Positions 10,900 to 23,040 of a stretch of DNA of 64,000 bases are shown here, piece by piece. The stretch lies in contig NC_087442.1 of NCBI RefSeq assembly GCF_036321535.1, positions 13,144,001 through 13,208,000 on the forward strand. Direction: 5' to 3'. Every line of letters starts with the position of its first letter. Position 1 is the first letter of the stretch. Below the pieces are notes generated by a model. That model saw nothing but the letters and a program-made list of their open reading frames with translations, had not been told where the DNA came from and did not search any database. Source of the DNA: Camelus dromedarius. Lineage: Eukaryota. The position numbers were made by a program, and so were the translations under genes.

Positions 10900-12245
10900 T
10901 CATTAATGAAATAATAAATATTAGTGGCTTTGTGTATCCACCGCACCCTGTCTTTTGTATGAAGCAGCAGCATGCCCAATCAAAAACATGACATTTCCAA
11001 GCTTCCAGGCAGCTTTCGTTAAGGAGACACATGCAGACATTACTGGATAGAATCTATAAAAAAGTTCTATAAAAGGGAGTCAGTAGATTCAGATGAAGAT
11101 CATCAGTGGCTGCTATAACATGTGGATCAAAAAGCAATGGGAAATAGACACTTACAGTGTCAATACCAAGATATTAATTATAAAGGGAAACACAGTAACT
11201 TCACAGTAGGAAAACAGGCAACATTACCAGAAGTGGACAAGCTACTAACAGCCTTCTGACAGGATTTAACATCACTTCAGTGGTATTCCTCTCAAATATC
11301 TAACCAGGAAGAAGTATTAGACAAACCCAAAGTGAAGGACATTTTACAGGATAACTGATCTATACTTTTCAAAACTGTCAAGATCACGTCAGACAAAGAC
11401 TGAGGTACCAGATTAAAGGGGACTAGAGAGACATACAACTAAATGCAACACGTGATCCTGGACTGGATGTTAAACAAAAAAAATTTCCTTTCTTTTTTGA
11501 AAAAGAACATTATTAGGACAAATGGCAAAATTTGAACAGTCTTCAGATTAACTATTAGTATTGTATCAGTGTTACTTCTTGATTCAGGTAATTCTACTGT
11601 GGTTATATAATAAAATATTGTTTTTAAAAAATACACATTGAAGTATTCAGGGATAAAAAGGCATCATATCTATAGCTGATTGTTAAACAGTTCAAATACA
11701 CACATACAGGAGGAGAATGATATAGCAAATGTGGTAAAATGTTAACATTTGAGGAATCTGGGTGGAGGATATAGGGAAATTTTTCATATAATGTTTTAAC
11801 TTTTCTTGAAATATTTCAAAATTAAAAATTTTTAAAAAGGGAACCCCAAAGCATGACACACAAAGCAAGTCAACTCAATTTTTATGCCTTGTTATTCCTC
11901 CTCTTTCTACTTGTGCACAAAGGAAAGGCTTTAGGCTTAGCAGACACATGACTAACACAAAGAGATAAGCATAAAGACAAAGTCACATAGTAAGGATGGC
12001 TTTTTTTTTTTTTTTTTAATATGCCACAATTTTTATTGCAATGTCGCCATTTTTGTGAGGTTGGGGAGTTTGATCTCAAAAACAAAGCTAGAAGCAGGCT
12101 GTGTGCTAGATGGCATCATGAAGCTGCTGGGCCAGCCCCAGACTTTCTAAACTCAAGTTATTTATTAAATGAGATAAATAAAACCTTTCTTTGGTTAAGT
12201 CATTAATAAGTTAAATTTTCTATTATGTACAATTGAACACAATCT
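10900..12245 (+). mobile_element. MLT1-type LTR split by an L1MC 3' end (about 11140-11835) and a poly(A) retrocopy
   Basis: MLT1-like 5' half about 10900-11130 (CATTTCCAAGCTTCC...) and 3' half about 11890-12245 (AGGATGGC...CATCATGAAGCTGCTG...AATAAAACC...TTAAGTCA). Between them lies an L1MC-like 3'UTR (AACTAAATGCAACACGTGATCCTGGACTGGAT). Confidence 0.55.
12001..12083 (-). pseudogene. Short polyadenylated retrocopy fragment, source unidentified
   Basis: A17 tail with AATAAA (12037-12032) 14 nt upstream. Interrupts an MLT1-like LTR. No clear TSD. Confidence 0.5.
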
Positions 12246-12889
12246 AGAATAGGCAAGTACATTTTGTAATGCACTGTCCCAAGTAGAAGTCAATGGATGA
12301 TAAAACATAACAGGCTAATGATGTCAAGCTACAGGGTAATACCAGTAAAACTCCAAGTATATATATACATGAAGTTTTATGAAAACTGCAATATATGGAA
12401 GGAAAATAATGCTCGCTGGATTCATTACCCAAGAGTTTTCTGGGGAAATAAACTAGCTATAAAATATTTTGCATTTTAAAATTCATAGTATTCATTTTCT
12501 GGATTGGTATTAACTACATTTAAAGAATCATAATATTAAGACATTAAAACGATCAAGAATAGCTTCTTGATAATATCTTTCCCCAGCCCAGAACCTGTAA
12601 TCTTGTGTCTTCATACTTCCAGAGTGGGTTTCTTGTAGCTAGCATATAGCTAAGTCTTGTTTAAAAAAAAAAAAAAATCCAGTCTCACAATCTCTGCTTT
12701 TTAATTGGATTGCTGAGACTATTTACATTTAATATAATTATTGGTACACTGGGTTTAGATCTACCATCCTATTTATTTTCTGTTTGTTCCCTTTCTTCTG
12801 CCTTTCTTTTGGATTAAGTATTCTTTTTAGGATTCCATTTTGTTTCTACTATTAGTTACACCTCTTTCCCCCTCCAGTGGTTTCGCTTA

Positions 12890-13655
12890 TGAAAAAAGCT
12901 AGAGAAGCTTTTATTACTAGCAGACGAAGGAGATTTCAAAACAAGGGACATCACTAGGGACAAAGAAGGACACTTCAAAGTAATAAAGAGTTAAATTAAT
13001 CGAAAGATAATAACAATCCTAAATATATACTAACCTAATAACAGAGCTTCAAAATATATGATCAAAAACTGACAAGATGGAAAGCATAAACAAACAAATC
13101 CACAATTCTAGTTAGACACTTCAACACTCCTCTCAGTGAGTAGTAGAACAAGGAGGCAGAAAATCATTAGGATATAGAAGACTCGAACAAATCTATCAAC
13201 TATCTTGACTCAATTGACATTTTATTTATAGAACACTCCATTTAACAAGGCAGAGTATCATTGTTTTTAAATGTAGATGGAACATTCACCAAGGCAGACC
13301 TTATGCACGGACACAAAACAAGTACTGATATACTTAAGAGAACTGAAATCACACACACGTTCTCTGACCACAACAGAAATAAATTAGTATCAGTAACAGA
13401 AAAATATCTGGAAAACCTCCAAATATAGAAAAACTAAACACATGCCTAAATAACCCACAGGTCAAAAAAAAAAAAAAAAAAACCACAAGCAATATTAGTA
13501 AATATTTAGAAATGAATGAAAATAAAAACACATATGAAAATCTGTGAGAAGCAGCTACAGTCATGCTTAGAAGAAAACTTACAGCATTTAATGGTCTAAA
13601 ATCAATGATCTAAGCTTCTGCCTTAAGAGGCTAGAGAATAACAAATCAAACCCAA
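12890..13655 (+). mobile_element. Degraded L1 ORF2 endonuclease region
   Basis: Old L1 ORF2 motifs (GGAACATTCACCAAGGCAGACC, TTCTCTGACCACAACAGAAATAAATTAG) with many frameshifts. Confidence 0.75.
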
Positions 13656-14167
13656 GTGTGATACAGTTAGGCTCAATGGAGATTATGGCAAAAGGGGAGA
13701 GTACAATCTCATCTGAAGGCATTCAATTTTCTAATAAACACTGGCGGAGGGGGACAAAAGGTAACTTTGTCTGCAGGTACCAGATTTTGACCTGTACGTG
13801 GAGAAAGAACGAGAGGGAGTTCCCAGGGTGTTAGCAGACTATGCTAAGGTGGGAAGACAAGGGAGAACACTGCAGCTGCGTGGGGATGGAGTAGGGATGG
13901 CATCGCAGTGACCACGTGTATGAAGACTGCACTGGGTCTACTTACATGTGTGACTGCTGTGTATGACTTGCTTAGTTTACTTCATTTACCGTTATAAATT
14001 TCAACAGATCAATGACTCTAAATTCCAAAAAATCCCACTAATTTTGATATACAACCCATCAGTATGACACAGACTAATATTTTAAATTGGTTTAAATAGT
14101 AATAACTTTTCAATAATTTCCAGTCAAATATGCATTCTTTAGGAATATAGCTGCTAAAGTAAGTTAC

Positions 14168-14311
14168 CTCTGCTTCTCTTTTTTTTGCCCGTGCCTTCTC
14201 TACTTCATCCATTACTTTCTGGGATTCCTCCACATTCCCTTCAGCTCCTAGCTGTTCTACCTTAGCCAACAATTTACCAATTTCTTCATTTAACTCATGA
14301 ACACGTTCTGC
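14168..14311 (-). CDS. LUC7L2: LUC7L2 exon 5 (144 nt, coiled coil)
   Basis: TTTCTTTCTAG acceptor and GAG|GTAACT donor. Encodes AERVHELNEEIGKLLAKVEQLGAEGNVEESQKVMDEVEKARAKKREAE. Confidence 0.98.
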
Positions 14312-15649
14312 CTAGAAAGAAACAGAAAAGATCATGAATAAAAAGCAGAATGTACCAAAGTTTAAAAAATTTCATAAATGCTAGAAAAGACAGTTATCTA
14401 AGGCAATATGAGTGTAAATAATGCTTTCTGAGCACATCGTAAGTGAACCAGTGGGACATAAGGATGCTGAGTCTGCCTGCCTTTACTTCAGTAAGGTCAA
14501 GGATATAACTGATCTCAATATAACTATTACTCTTCAACCTCTGCTTTGACAGTGTATTCCAAGTATAAAATACATTTTCTTCCACAATCTGGCACTCTGT
14601 ACCTTTCCAAACCATCTCTTTCTGTTCTCCGACTCTGCAACAAATCTACAGTTATAGTTTCCCAAACTTACCCTGTTTTCTGCCTCTGTGACTTTGCACA
14701 CACTGCTCCCTCTTCCTGGGATGTCATCCGTTACCTCCCTTACCTGCCTCATGTATGTCTATCCATTCAGTAAGATCCAACTGAAGAGTCTATTCTGTGA
14801 AGCATTCTTGAACAATCACCACATCTGACCCTCACTTAAGACACTTAAGCAGAGAGAGCCACCCCTCCTTTGTGCCACCTTTGTATTTTTATGACAGTTA
14901 TTTTATATGTATCACACCACTTTAAAGACTTCCCATTCTTGTATTTCCAATGTCCAAGAAATAGCATAGGCTCAAATATGAGTAAAAGGAATGAACTGGT
15001 GGATACCCTTCAAAGCAAATAGATAGCTTTAGAGTCCCTCTAGCTTACTGTCAATTACTAGCTGTGGAACTGTAACCAGATTACATGACCTGAATCTACT
15101 TCCTCATCTGAGAAGTAGGGGTAATACCTATCTCACGAAGTTGTGAGAGTGAGAAAATACACCTTGTACATGCACTGTGCAGCACACGACTGATTTTCAG
15201 TAGTCTAACATGGCACCCCTTCTCCCTCAGTCCATGTCTTTCCATTGGGACTAATTCTTGCCTTAGGATTTGATGTCTCCTCACCACCATCACCCTGGGA
15301 ATCTAGTTCATTCCTATTGTTTTAATGGCACATTAACATATACTGTCTTTTTTTTTTTTTTTGGTATTTATATTATATTTTTATTGATGTATAGTCAGTT
15401 TACAATGTTGTATCCATTTCTGGTGTACTACACAGTCTTTATTTTGGCTACAAAATAAGTATTCAGCCTGTGTAGCCAATTATATTAGCAAAGAAGGTTT
15501 TAATTTGATCTGGACATCCAGTCCCGACAAAGTAGTGTGCCAATAATCTTTACTTCTTAAATTGTCTTCAATCTGAGGTAAATTTGTCCCTCAAATAAAT
15601 TCCCAACTCTATTATCATTATCCTAACTCTTTAATAAAATTCTTCTACT

Positions 15650-16078
15650 ACTACCACAGACTGATTGCATTAATGCTCAAAGCTCTTCACCCTTTCTATA
15701 TCCATGCCCTTTGCTACGTAACTGAGAACCATATGCACTGACTGAACTTGGCCATGTAATTGGCTTGGCTTTGGTTAATAGGACGGTAGCAAGTATGACA
15801 TATGGAAAGGCTTAAAAAGTGCTTGCATGGCTGGGCTTGATGCTTCAGCACCTCTGATACCACCATGAGAACCTGGCCAGGCTAGCCTTCTGGGCACAGT
15901 TCAGCAGCCTCCAGCTGACTGGAAGATATGTACATGAGTCCAGCTGAAACAGGAATAACTACCTAGTCAAGCTTAGCCTAAATCACTGACTACAGACTCA
16001 TGGGCTAAATAAATAATATTTTAAATTTGAGGAAGCCTATTAAACAGCACTCTTGTAGTTATGGATAACCAATACAAT
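15650..16078 (+). mobile_element. MLT1 (MaLR) solo LTR
   Basis: CTTGGCCATGTAATTGGCTTGGCTTTGG...CACCATGAGAA...ATGGATAACCAATACA terminus. Confidence 0.65.
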
Positions 16079-16663
16079 GCTGTGTAAACCACGACAGCTG
16101 GGGTCTAGCCAGCACCTGTGGATCTCTTTCAACCATGAGATATGAGATCCCTTGTATGTTAGGATGCTCATCTTTATAGTCTTAGAACTTTCCAAAAAAA
16201 GTTGGTTAAAAGTAACCCTCTCCTCAAACAAGGGAATTCACTTCCCTTTGTACACACATATCTGAGCACTATATTTAATGCTGTCACCTAAACTCTATTG
16301 GGTTAACTCTTCATCTCCATTCTGCATTTTCATAAAATGTGCTAGACTATATTGAATGGTATGAAATATTATGAAGTAGTAAGTTATCAAATCAATAAGT
16401 CAATGTATGGACTTTTGAATTCTGATTAGAGCAAACCAACTCTACATAGGAAAAAGAAACACATTCTGGATATTACATAATTATTGTTACTTTTAGGAAT
16501 ATGATTTTGTGGTTATGTTTTAAAGATGAAATGATTATGACATCTAAAATCTGCTTTTAAAATAATGAAACAGGAGGAAACTGATGGCTTTGAATCCACT
16601 GGGGTTCACTGTACTTTTTGCATTTAAATTCACAATAAAACATTTTAAAATAGTAATGAGTAA

Positions 16664-16783
16664 GCGGGGAGGGTATAGCTTAGTGGTAGAGTGCCTACCC
16701 AGCATGCACAAGGTCCTGGGTTCAATCCCCAGCACCTCCACTAAAAAAATAAATAACTTAATAATCACCCCCCCCCACCAAAG
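16664..16783 (+). mobile_element. tRNA-Ala-derived SINE (camelid Vic-1-like), long form
   Basis: GGGGAGGGTATAGCTTAGTGGTAGAGTGC...GGTTCAATCCCCAGCACCTCCA head, then A-rich/CCCCC tail. Confidence 0.85.
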
Positions 16784-16856
16784 AAGTGAGTAAAGCAGAA
16801 CACTTAAAACACAACATTAAAAAAAATGAGTAATCTACTTGGAAAATGGGCATAAG

Positions 16857-16986
16857 NNNNNNNNNNNNNNNNNNNNNNNNNNNNNNNNNNNNNNNNNNNN
16901 NNNNNNNNNNNNNNNNNNNNNNNNNNNNNNNNNNNNNNNNNNNNNNNNNNNNNNNNNNNNNNNNNNNNNNNNNNNNNNNNNNNNNN
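16857..16986. other. Assembly gap
   Basis: 130 N. Confidence 1.
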
Positions 16987-16987
16987 G

Positions 16988-17826
16988 AATGATTAAAATG
17001 AAACATAGTGACACCATCAAATGTTGGCATGGATGTGAAACTGGATCACTGACTGACCACTGCTGGCAGGAATATAAAAGTGGTATAGCCACTCTCTGGA
17101 AAAAAGTTTGGCACTTGCTTTCAAAACTAAAAATAGACTTTCTAAGTGACCCAGCAACTGCATTCTTGGGCATTTACCCCAGAGAAATAAAAATTTATGT
17201 CCATACAAAAATCAGTACACAAATGTTTATTGCAGCTTTACTGGTATTAGCTAATAACAGAAATGTTCTTCAATGTGTAGATGGTTTAACTGTGGTATAT
17301 CCATACAATGAAATACTACTTAGAAATAAAAAGGAATGAATTATTGATACAATTTGTACAATCTCAAGAAAGTTGTGCTGAGTGAAAAAAGCCAATCTCA
17401 AAAAGGATACATACTGCATGATTCCATTTATATAATATTCAATGAAATAACATGATTATAGAGATGAAAAACAGATTAGTGGCAGCCAGGGGCTTGGAAA
17501 AAGAGGGAACTGGTGTGGCTATAAAGGCGTAACATGAAGGAGTACTGTGGTGATGCTACACAGTTAGGTAACTAAATTACAGTAGTAGTTACCCAAGTTA
17601 CACGTGTGATAAAACTGCATAGAGCCACACACACACACACACACGCATAACTGGTGAAATCTGAATGAAATGTAAGGATTAGTCCAATATCAATTTCTTG
17701 GCTTTAATACTGTACTAAGGTTGTCTAAGAAGTTAACATAAGGGAGGCTAGAGTTAAAGTACATAAAATTTCCCTATATATGTCTTTGCAACCTCCTATG
17801 AATGTAATTATTTCAAAATAAAAAGT
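16988..17826 (+). mobile_element. L1MB-like 3' ORF2 end and 3'UTR
   Basis: ACCCAGCAACTGCATTCTTGGGCATTTACCCCAGAGAAAT, GTGGTATATCCATACAATGAAATACTAC. Explains ORF 16839..17339. Contains a (CA)n run near 17625. Confidence 0.85.
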
Positions 17827-17887
17827 TAAAATAGAAGTAGTGAAGTAAAACTATTCTTTGTACTAATGAAATGATTAAAAATCTTAC

Positions 17888-17998
17888 CTTTGCTGCCACT
17901 TCAGCACTAATCTCTTCTTGAGTTTCTGCTAACCTTTTCTTAGCCACTTCTGTTCTTCGATCACAGTCTGCAATGAATGACTGCAGATGATCCATAGC
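17888..17998 (-). CDS. LUC7L2: LUC7L2 exon 4 (111 nt)
   Basis: TTTGTAG acceptor and AAG|GTAAGA donor. Encodes AMDHLQSFIADCDRRTEVAKKRLAETQEEISAEVAAK. Confidence 0.98.
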
Positions 17999-18882
17999 CT
18001 ACAAAGTTTGATTAAATGACAATTACTGCAGGAAAAATCAACTTTATTAAAAAAAATCTTTACTCAAAAATTATGCTTATGAGTAAAAAAGATAACAAAA
18101 GTAGGTTCAATGATAAATTGACTCATTATTCATAATCTATCAAACTGACAATAAACAAATAATAAACACAAACATATATATAATTCCCAGGAATGGTAAG
18201 GAAACTGCCACTCTCATACTCTGCTGAAGGAAGCACAAACCAGCATAACCTTAATAAAAAGACAACATGGTAACTGTTATTGAAAGCCTTAAAACTGTCC
18301 CCAAACTTAGTAACTTTACTCCTAGAAATCTATTAGGAAAGTAATCATAGGTGTATGAAAGAATATTCAAAGCTATCCTTCACATTGTTATCTTTAATGG
18401 TGAAAAGTTGTAAATAGCCTAAATATCCAAGTAACACATAGAAAATTTGATCTGCAGCTATTTTAAAGAAGGTGTTAGTACAACACTTAAGGACATGATT
18501 CATTTGTACATAAAAAGTTAGACTGTTATATGTAATAAAACCCCAATTTATAAAATAAAGCATAGAAAAAAATGGAAGAGCATACGTAAAATGTTAATTA
18601 TTGCTAAATATACAGATAACTTTTGTTTTACTGTTTTTCAAATTTTTTAAAGAAAATGTCATAATCAGGGAAACTTGCCCTTTTCTCAAAACAACGAGAA
18701 TTTCAGTAGTATCTACATTGCAAAAATCCAGTTCAATATTTATATAAATGATATTTATCAGGCATATATTAATACATCTGTAATAATAGTTCATTTAAAA
18801 GTAAACTTCTACGTTTTATTCCCAAACTAAGCAACTTAGACTTTTATATTTTAATTAAAGCTAATTTAAAACACAAATGTTT

Positions 18883-19027
18883 AATGGTAGAGTGCCTGCC
18901 GAGCATACTTGAGGTCCTGGGTTCAATCCTCAGTACCTCCATTAAAAAGATAAACTTTAAAAACCTAATTACCTCCCCCACAAAATAAAACAAACAAAAA
19001 AATTATTAAAAAATTATTTTAAAAAAT
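18883..19027 (+). mobile_element. tRNA-Ala-derived SINE, 5'-truncated
   Basis: Starts at AATGGTAGAGTGCC. Flanked by TSD CACAAATGTTT (18872-18882 and 19028-19038). Confidence 0.85.
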
Positions 19028-20746
19028 CACAAATGTTTTAAAATGTAACTTTATTCAACATGTATCAAATTCTAAAAATGGTTGGTTAACCCGTGAGTTT
19101 CATGAAAGTGCAAAGTAAAAGCTTTTATCTGTAATGGCAAAGAAATAGCTATTTAACTCTTTTATAATTTAAATTTTATCTTTAAACATCACAACAGAAA
19201 TCTATTGAAATTTCCTTTTGGGAAAAGATGAACTAATTCAATAAATAGTATTGGGTCAACTAAGTAGTCATCTGGAAAAAGAAAGAGAGATCCTTAGACC
19301 AGAATAAATTTAAGTTGAATCACATATTTAAATGTGTAAAACGAAGCCACAGAAATACCAGAAGAAACCATGGGAGAGAACTTTGATCACATCAGAAAAG
19401 GGAAAGCCTTTTGAATTAATCCAACAGATTTTTAAAAGATTAATACACAAGACAACTATAAAAATATTTTGCAAGGCTCACAACTACCAAAAGAGAAACA
19501 GAAAAAAAATTGCAACGTATTAGCTGAGAAAGGGGACTAATTTTCATAATATGTAGAGTCAGTACAAATCAATTAGAAAAATACTGACATCCAAGATTGG
19601 CAAATAGCAAATGTACACTGACACTTATATTCCACATTTCATCTATCAAAGCTGCAAAGAAATCTTGACAACAAACTATGTGGCATATGGGAAACAGATC
19701 ATTTCATACATACTAGTGGGAATATAAATTCATAATTCTCATTGGAAGCAACCTGGCAAAATTGCTCTTTGACTGAGTTATTCTATTTGTAGAAACTTAC
19801 TTCGTCGACACTCAATATATAAAAACAAAGCATTATTATACCATGACAGAAAAAGACTGAAAACAACATGAAGACCCATATGCCTACATCTAGGTGGTGA
19901 TGAATTTCTACTGTATTTTATGCTCAGTATATATTAAATCACAACCCAATTACTTCAGGGTCTTTCCCCAAATGCTCCAGTGCCATGTTAAACTCTGTTT
20001 ACATGGATAACTGCATTTGCATTAGCAGAAATTCTTGGAAGTTCAGGGAAGTAGGTGGGGGGAGGGGTCTATTTACCACTTTACCTCCCAAACCAAATAA
20101 AGTGTCTATTATCTTACTGAAAAAAACTCATCATAAGATTTGTGCTCATTAGTATGTTTTATCTAATGCTGACTGGTATGTCTTCTATAAATAAAGTTCC
20201 CTTATTTCCATACCAACAATTCTCATGTTTGTATAAACAATATAAAGTCAAGAGTTTGAGCCCTTTAGATACATAAGTGGTATCTTCTATTTCCTCTAAT
20301 CTCTCTTCTACTAGTTTTACGTAAAAAACAACATTGCCCTTAATATTCTCCCCCTCTATATATGTATTTACAAATATAAAAATAAATATTAATGTAAAAA
20401 TCCAGTAGATCATTAAAGGGCTTTATATACACTAGAAATTAGTTGTTTACATTTGCTTACATTGGTATTTCCTTAAGCACCACTAACTTATTGGGAAGAA
20501 TATGCTTAATTTTCAGAAGAACACGTGAATTACATGACTCTCACACATTTTCTTAAAATATTCATTTTAAGATTTTTAAAAAAATACTGTTGGTCAAGAA
20601 AGCACATAATCTTACTTAATTTAGTATTACCCTTCATATAACCACAAAAAAGATCATCTGCTAACAGCCTTTTCTCATTATGAGACATTAATCCATATTC
20701 AAAATGTTTTACAGATAATCGAACCCATTAAAGCAAAATCACATAC

Positions 20747-20845
20747 ATCAAGTTCAAAGAAAAAATCCTGTTCTTTGGATGCAATTTCATAATCTGCTCT
20801 TAAAGCCAGGTCATGAACTTTCAGACATTCTCCAAGATCCATTCT
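20747..20845 (-). CDS. LUC7L2: LUC7L2 exon 3 (99 nt, second half of CCCH zinc finger 1)
   Basis: TTTTTTCCCCCCCCAG acceptor and GAT|GTATGT donor. Encodes RMDLGECLKVHDLALRADYEIASKEQDFFFELD. Confidence 0.98.
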
Positions 20846-22379
20846 CTGGGGGGGGAAAAAAACATATTATTAAAACAGAAAATACATTTTTCAAAAACTC
20901 ATTAACAGCCATAGTTCTCTTTAAAATAAGTCATTCAGATGATTCTTTATTTCTGGACTTTCAAATTACAAAATTTTGTAGACAAGTATAAAACCTGGTG
21001 CCAGAAAAAACGCGCATGAATTCTGTCTACTAACAGATGGGAACCATGACCACCTTTGCACTAAAGAACAAATGGACAAAGAAAAAGACTGTCAGAATCT
21101 GAAAAAAGCTTCCAGCTTCTATCCCAAAACATGTTTCACTTGGCCCTTTAATACAGAAAAGATAAAGTTAACAGTTAATTTAAAATAAAACTAAGAATGT
21201 GTAAATCACACTACTGACTTATACAGTTAGTATTCTCTGAACATTCTAATTTTCAAATAAAGCTGGAGTCCTTAAACAAGACTGGTAATCCTATATGGAT
21301 TCCAGACAAGACTCCAAATGAACTAGCAGAGATAATTTATTAAAACCCAATATGATGTCACAGAAATAAGTGTCTAACCCCACTTATGATAAGCATGTGT
21401 CAGGGAAATACAATAAATACATAGTAGGTATTCATTTCAATAAGGAATGTGGTAGGATCCTTCTACTTGGAATTCCAATCAGATATTATTTATCCAACTA
21501 GAGGCTTTTCTCCTGAGACAAAAATTTCTAAAACTCTGTCCATTTTTACATGTATCTGGGCAACTGATGAGATCTTTCACAAAATCCATTTGGAAGCATA
21601 CTGAATACAAAAAAATGGGCTAGATGTAAAGTTAATTACAGATGTGATTAAAAGTGATCAAAGTAAAGCAGAGATTTTCCAATTGGAGGCATGCTAGCCC
21701 ATCACGGGAATGTCTCAATCTCTGAAGGCTGGTGAAAGGAAGTACAGTAATTCAAAAAAGTATCATAAACATTCCTTTTGTTTTTGTTACACAAACTATA
21801 CATAAAATAAAACTACAAAACACTGCAGCAGTAAAGTCAGCTGATAACTGAGTATCTAACTTGTGCCAGGCACCATACTAGGGACATGGCACTAACTGGC
21901 AAAGAAATGGTCTCTGACCTTATGGAGCTGACACTCTAGAAGAGGGGGAACAAATAATAAAGCAAAATTGTGTCTCTGAACAAAGTGATCTAATAAAATA
22001 GTAAGGCTTCCATTACTATGGGAGGCTACTTGGGATGAAGCAGTCAGAGAAGATCGTTCTGAAGAGGGTATGTTTAAACCGAATCTAAAAAGTGAGAAGC
22101 AGCACACTAATCTTGGGAAAAGTCAAGAAAAAAGTGCTCTGGTTTTACAGAAGATTTAGAAAGCAGATCTTTAAAAAAAAAAAAAAAAAAAAGTCAGCAT
22201 TACTCAATCAGAGGGAAGTTTCTAGCAGCAAGGAAGAGGACTAGCGTATCTATAGCACATAGATCTGGGCCTTAGCTTTGTATATACTATCTAGAAATGA
22301 CTTTGCCTATTTAACGTCTTTGCTAACCACTTAGACATGTATAACAAAGGACATGACCATCAGTTCTATACAATATCCC

Positions 22380-23040
22380 AAGCTAAAAAGGATAGTGAAT
22401 TCACTGGATTAAGGTTCAAAAATATTGACAGAGTAGTAAAAATTTAATGTAAAGAAATAAATGTGAAGTCCTATAATTACATTTAGAAAGTGAAATTTAC
22501 AAATAACTAGGTATGAGTAAAAAATCAAACAAATTGAAAAACTAGTCAAGGGTAAGGGTTACAGTGTGGAATGACTGAGATCAATTTATGTGATGTAAAA
22601 CTAACTTACAGAATACAGTATGAGCAAAATGGTAAAACTTATTGAAAGCCGGTTTCAAAAGCAAACCCCTCTCCAAACAAAAAAACCCCCACATTCTGAG
22701 TGCTAACACATTTCAAAAGGATATGAATAAATTAGACAAAATGTCTCGAAACAAAACTATACAAAAAAGCTAGAGAACAGATGTAATTAGCTGGAGAAGA
22801 ATCAAGATGTGAAGTCATCAATCAACTGAAGAACTTTTTAATATGAAGCAGAAATAGATTTTATTATAGCCCCAAAGAACTCCAGTGAGTCAGAATTCAG
22901 CCCTTTCAATATAAGAAAATACTTTCTAATGATCAGCTTTCCACAGATGGAATAAGCTTCCTCAGGAGTGAGTGAGTGTCTAGGTAACTGAGAGTTTCAA
23001 ATACAGTTTAAACAACCATTTTTCCAGAGTACTGAGGAAA
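22380..23040 (+). mobile_element. L3/CR1 LINE 3' remnant
   Basis: AAGAAAATACTTTCTAATGATCAGCTTTCCACAGATGGAATAAGCTTCCTCAGGAG resembles the CR1/L3 3' consensus as recalled. Confidence 0.55.

Noticed and set aside
12580-13655. Adjacent minus and plus L1 fragments as a twin-priming inversion
   Set aside because: Both are old and degraded, with no TSD or evidence that they are one insertion.
13940-13945. Isolated minus-strand GTAAGT hexamers (also near 19795, 22605, 23890)
   Set aside because: No nearby convincing acceptor. Expected by chance in AT-rich introns.
22099-22196. A21 tract with a possible AAAAGTCA duplication
   Set aside because: An 8-bp A-rich match within an L2 remnant is too weak to call a TSD.
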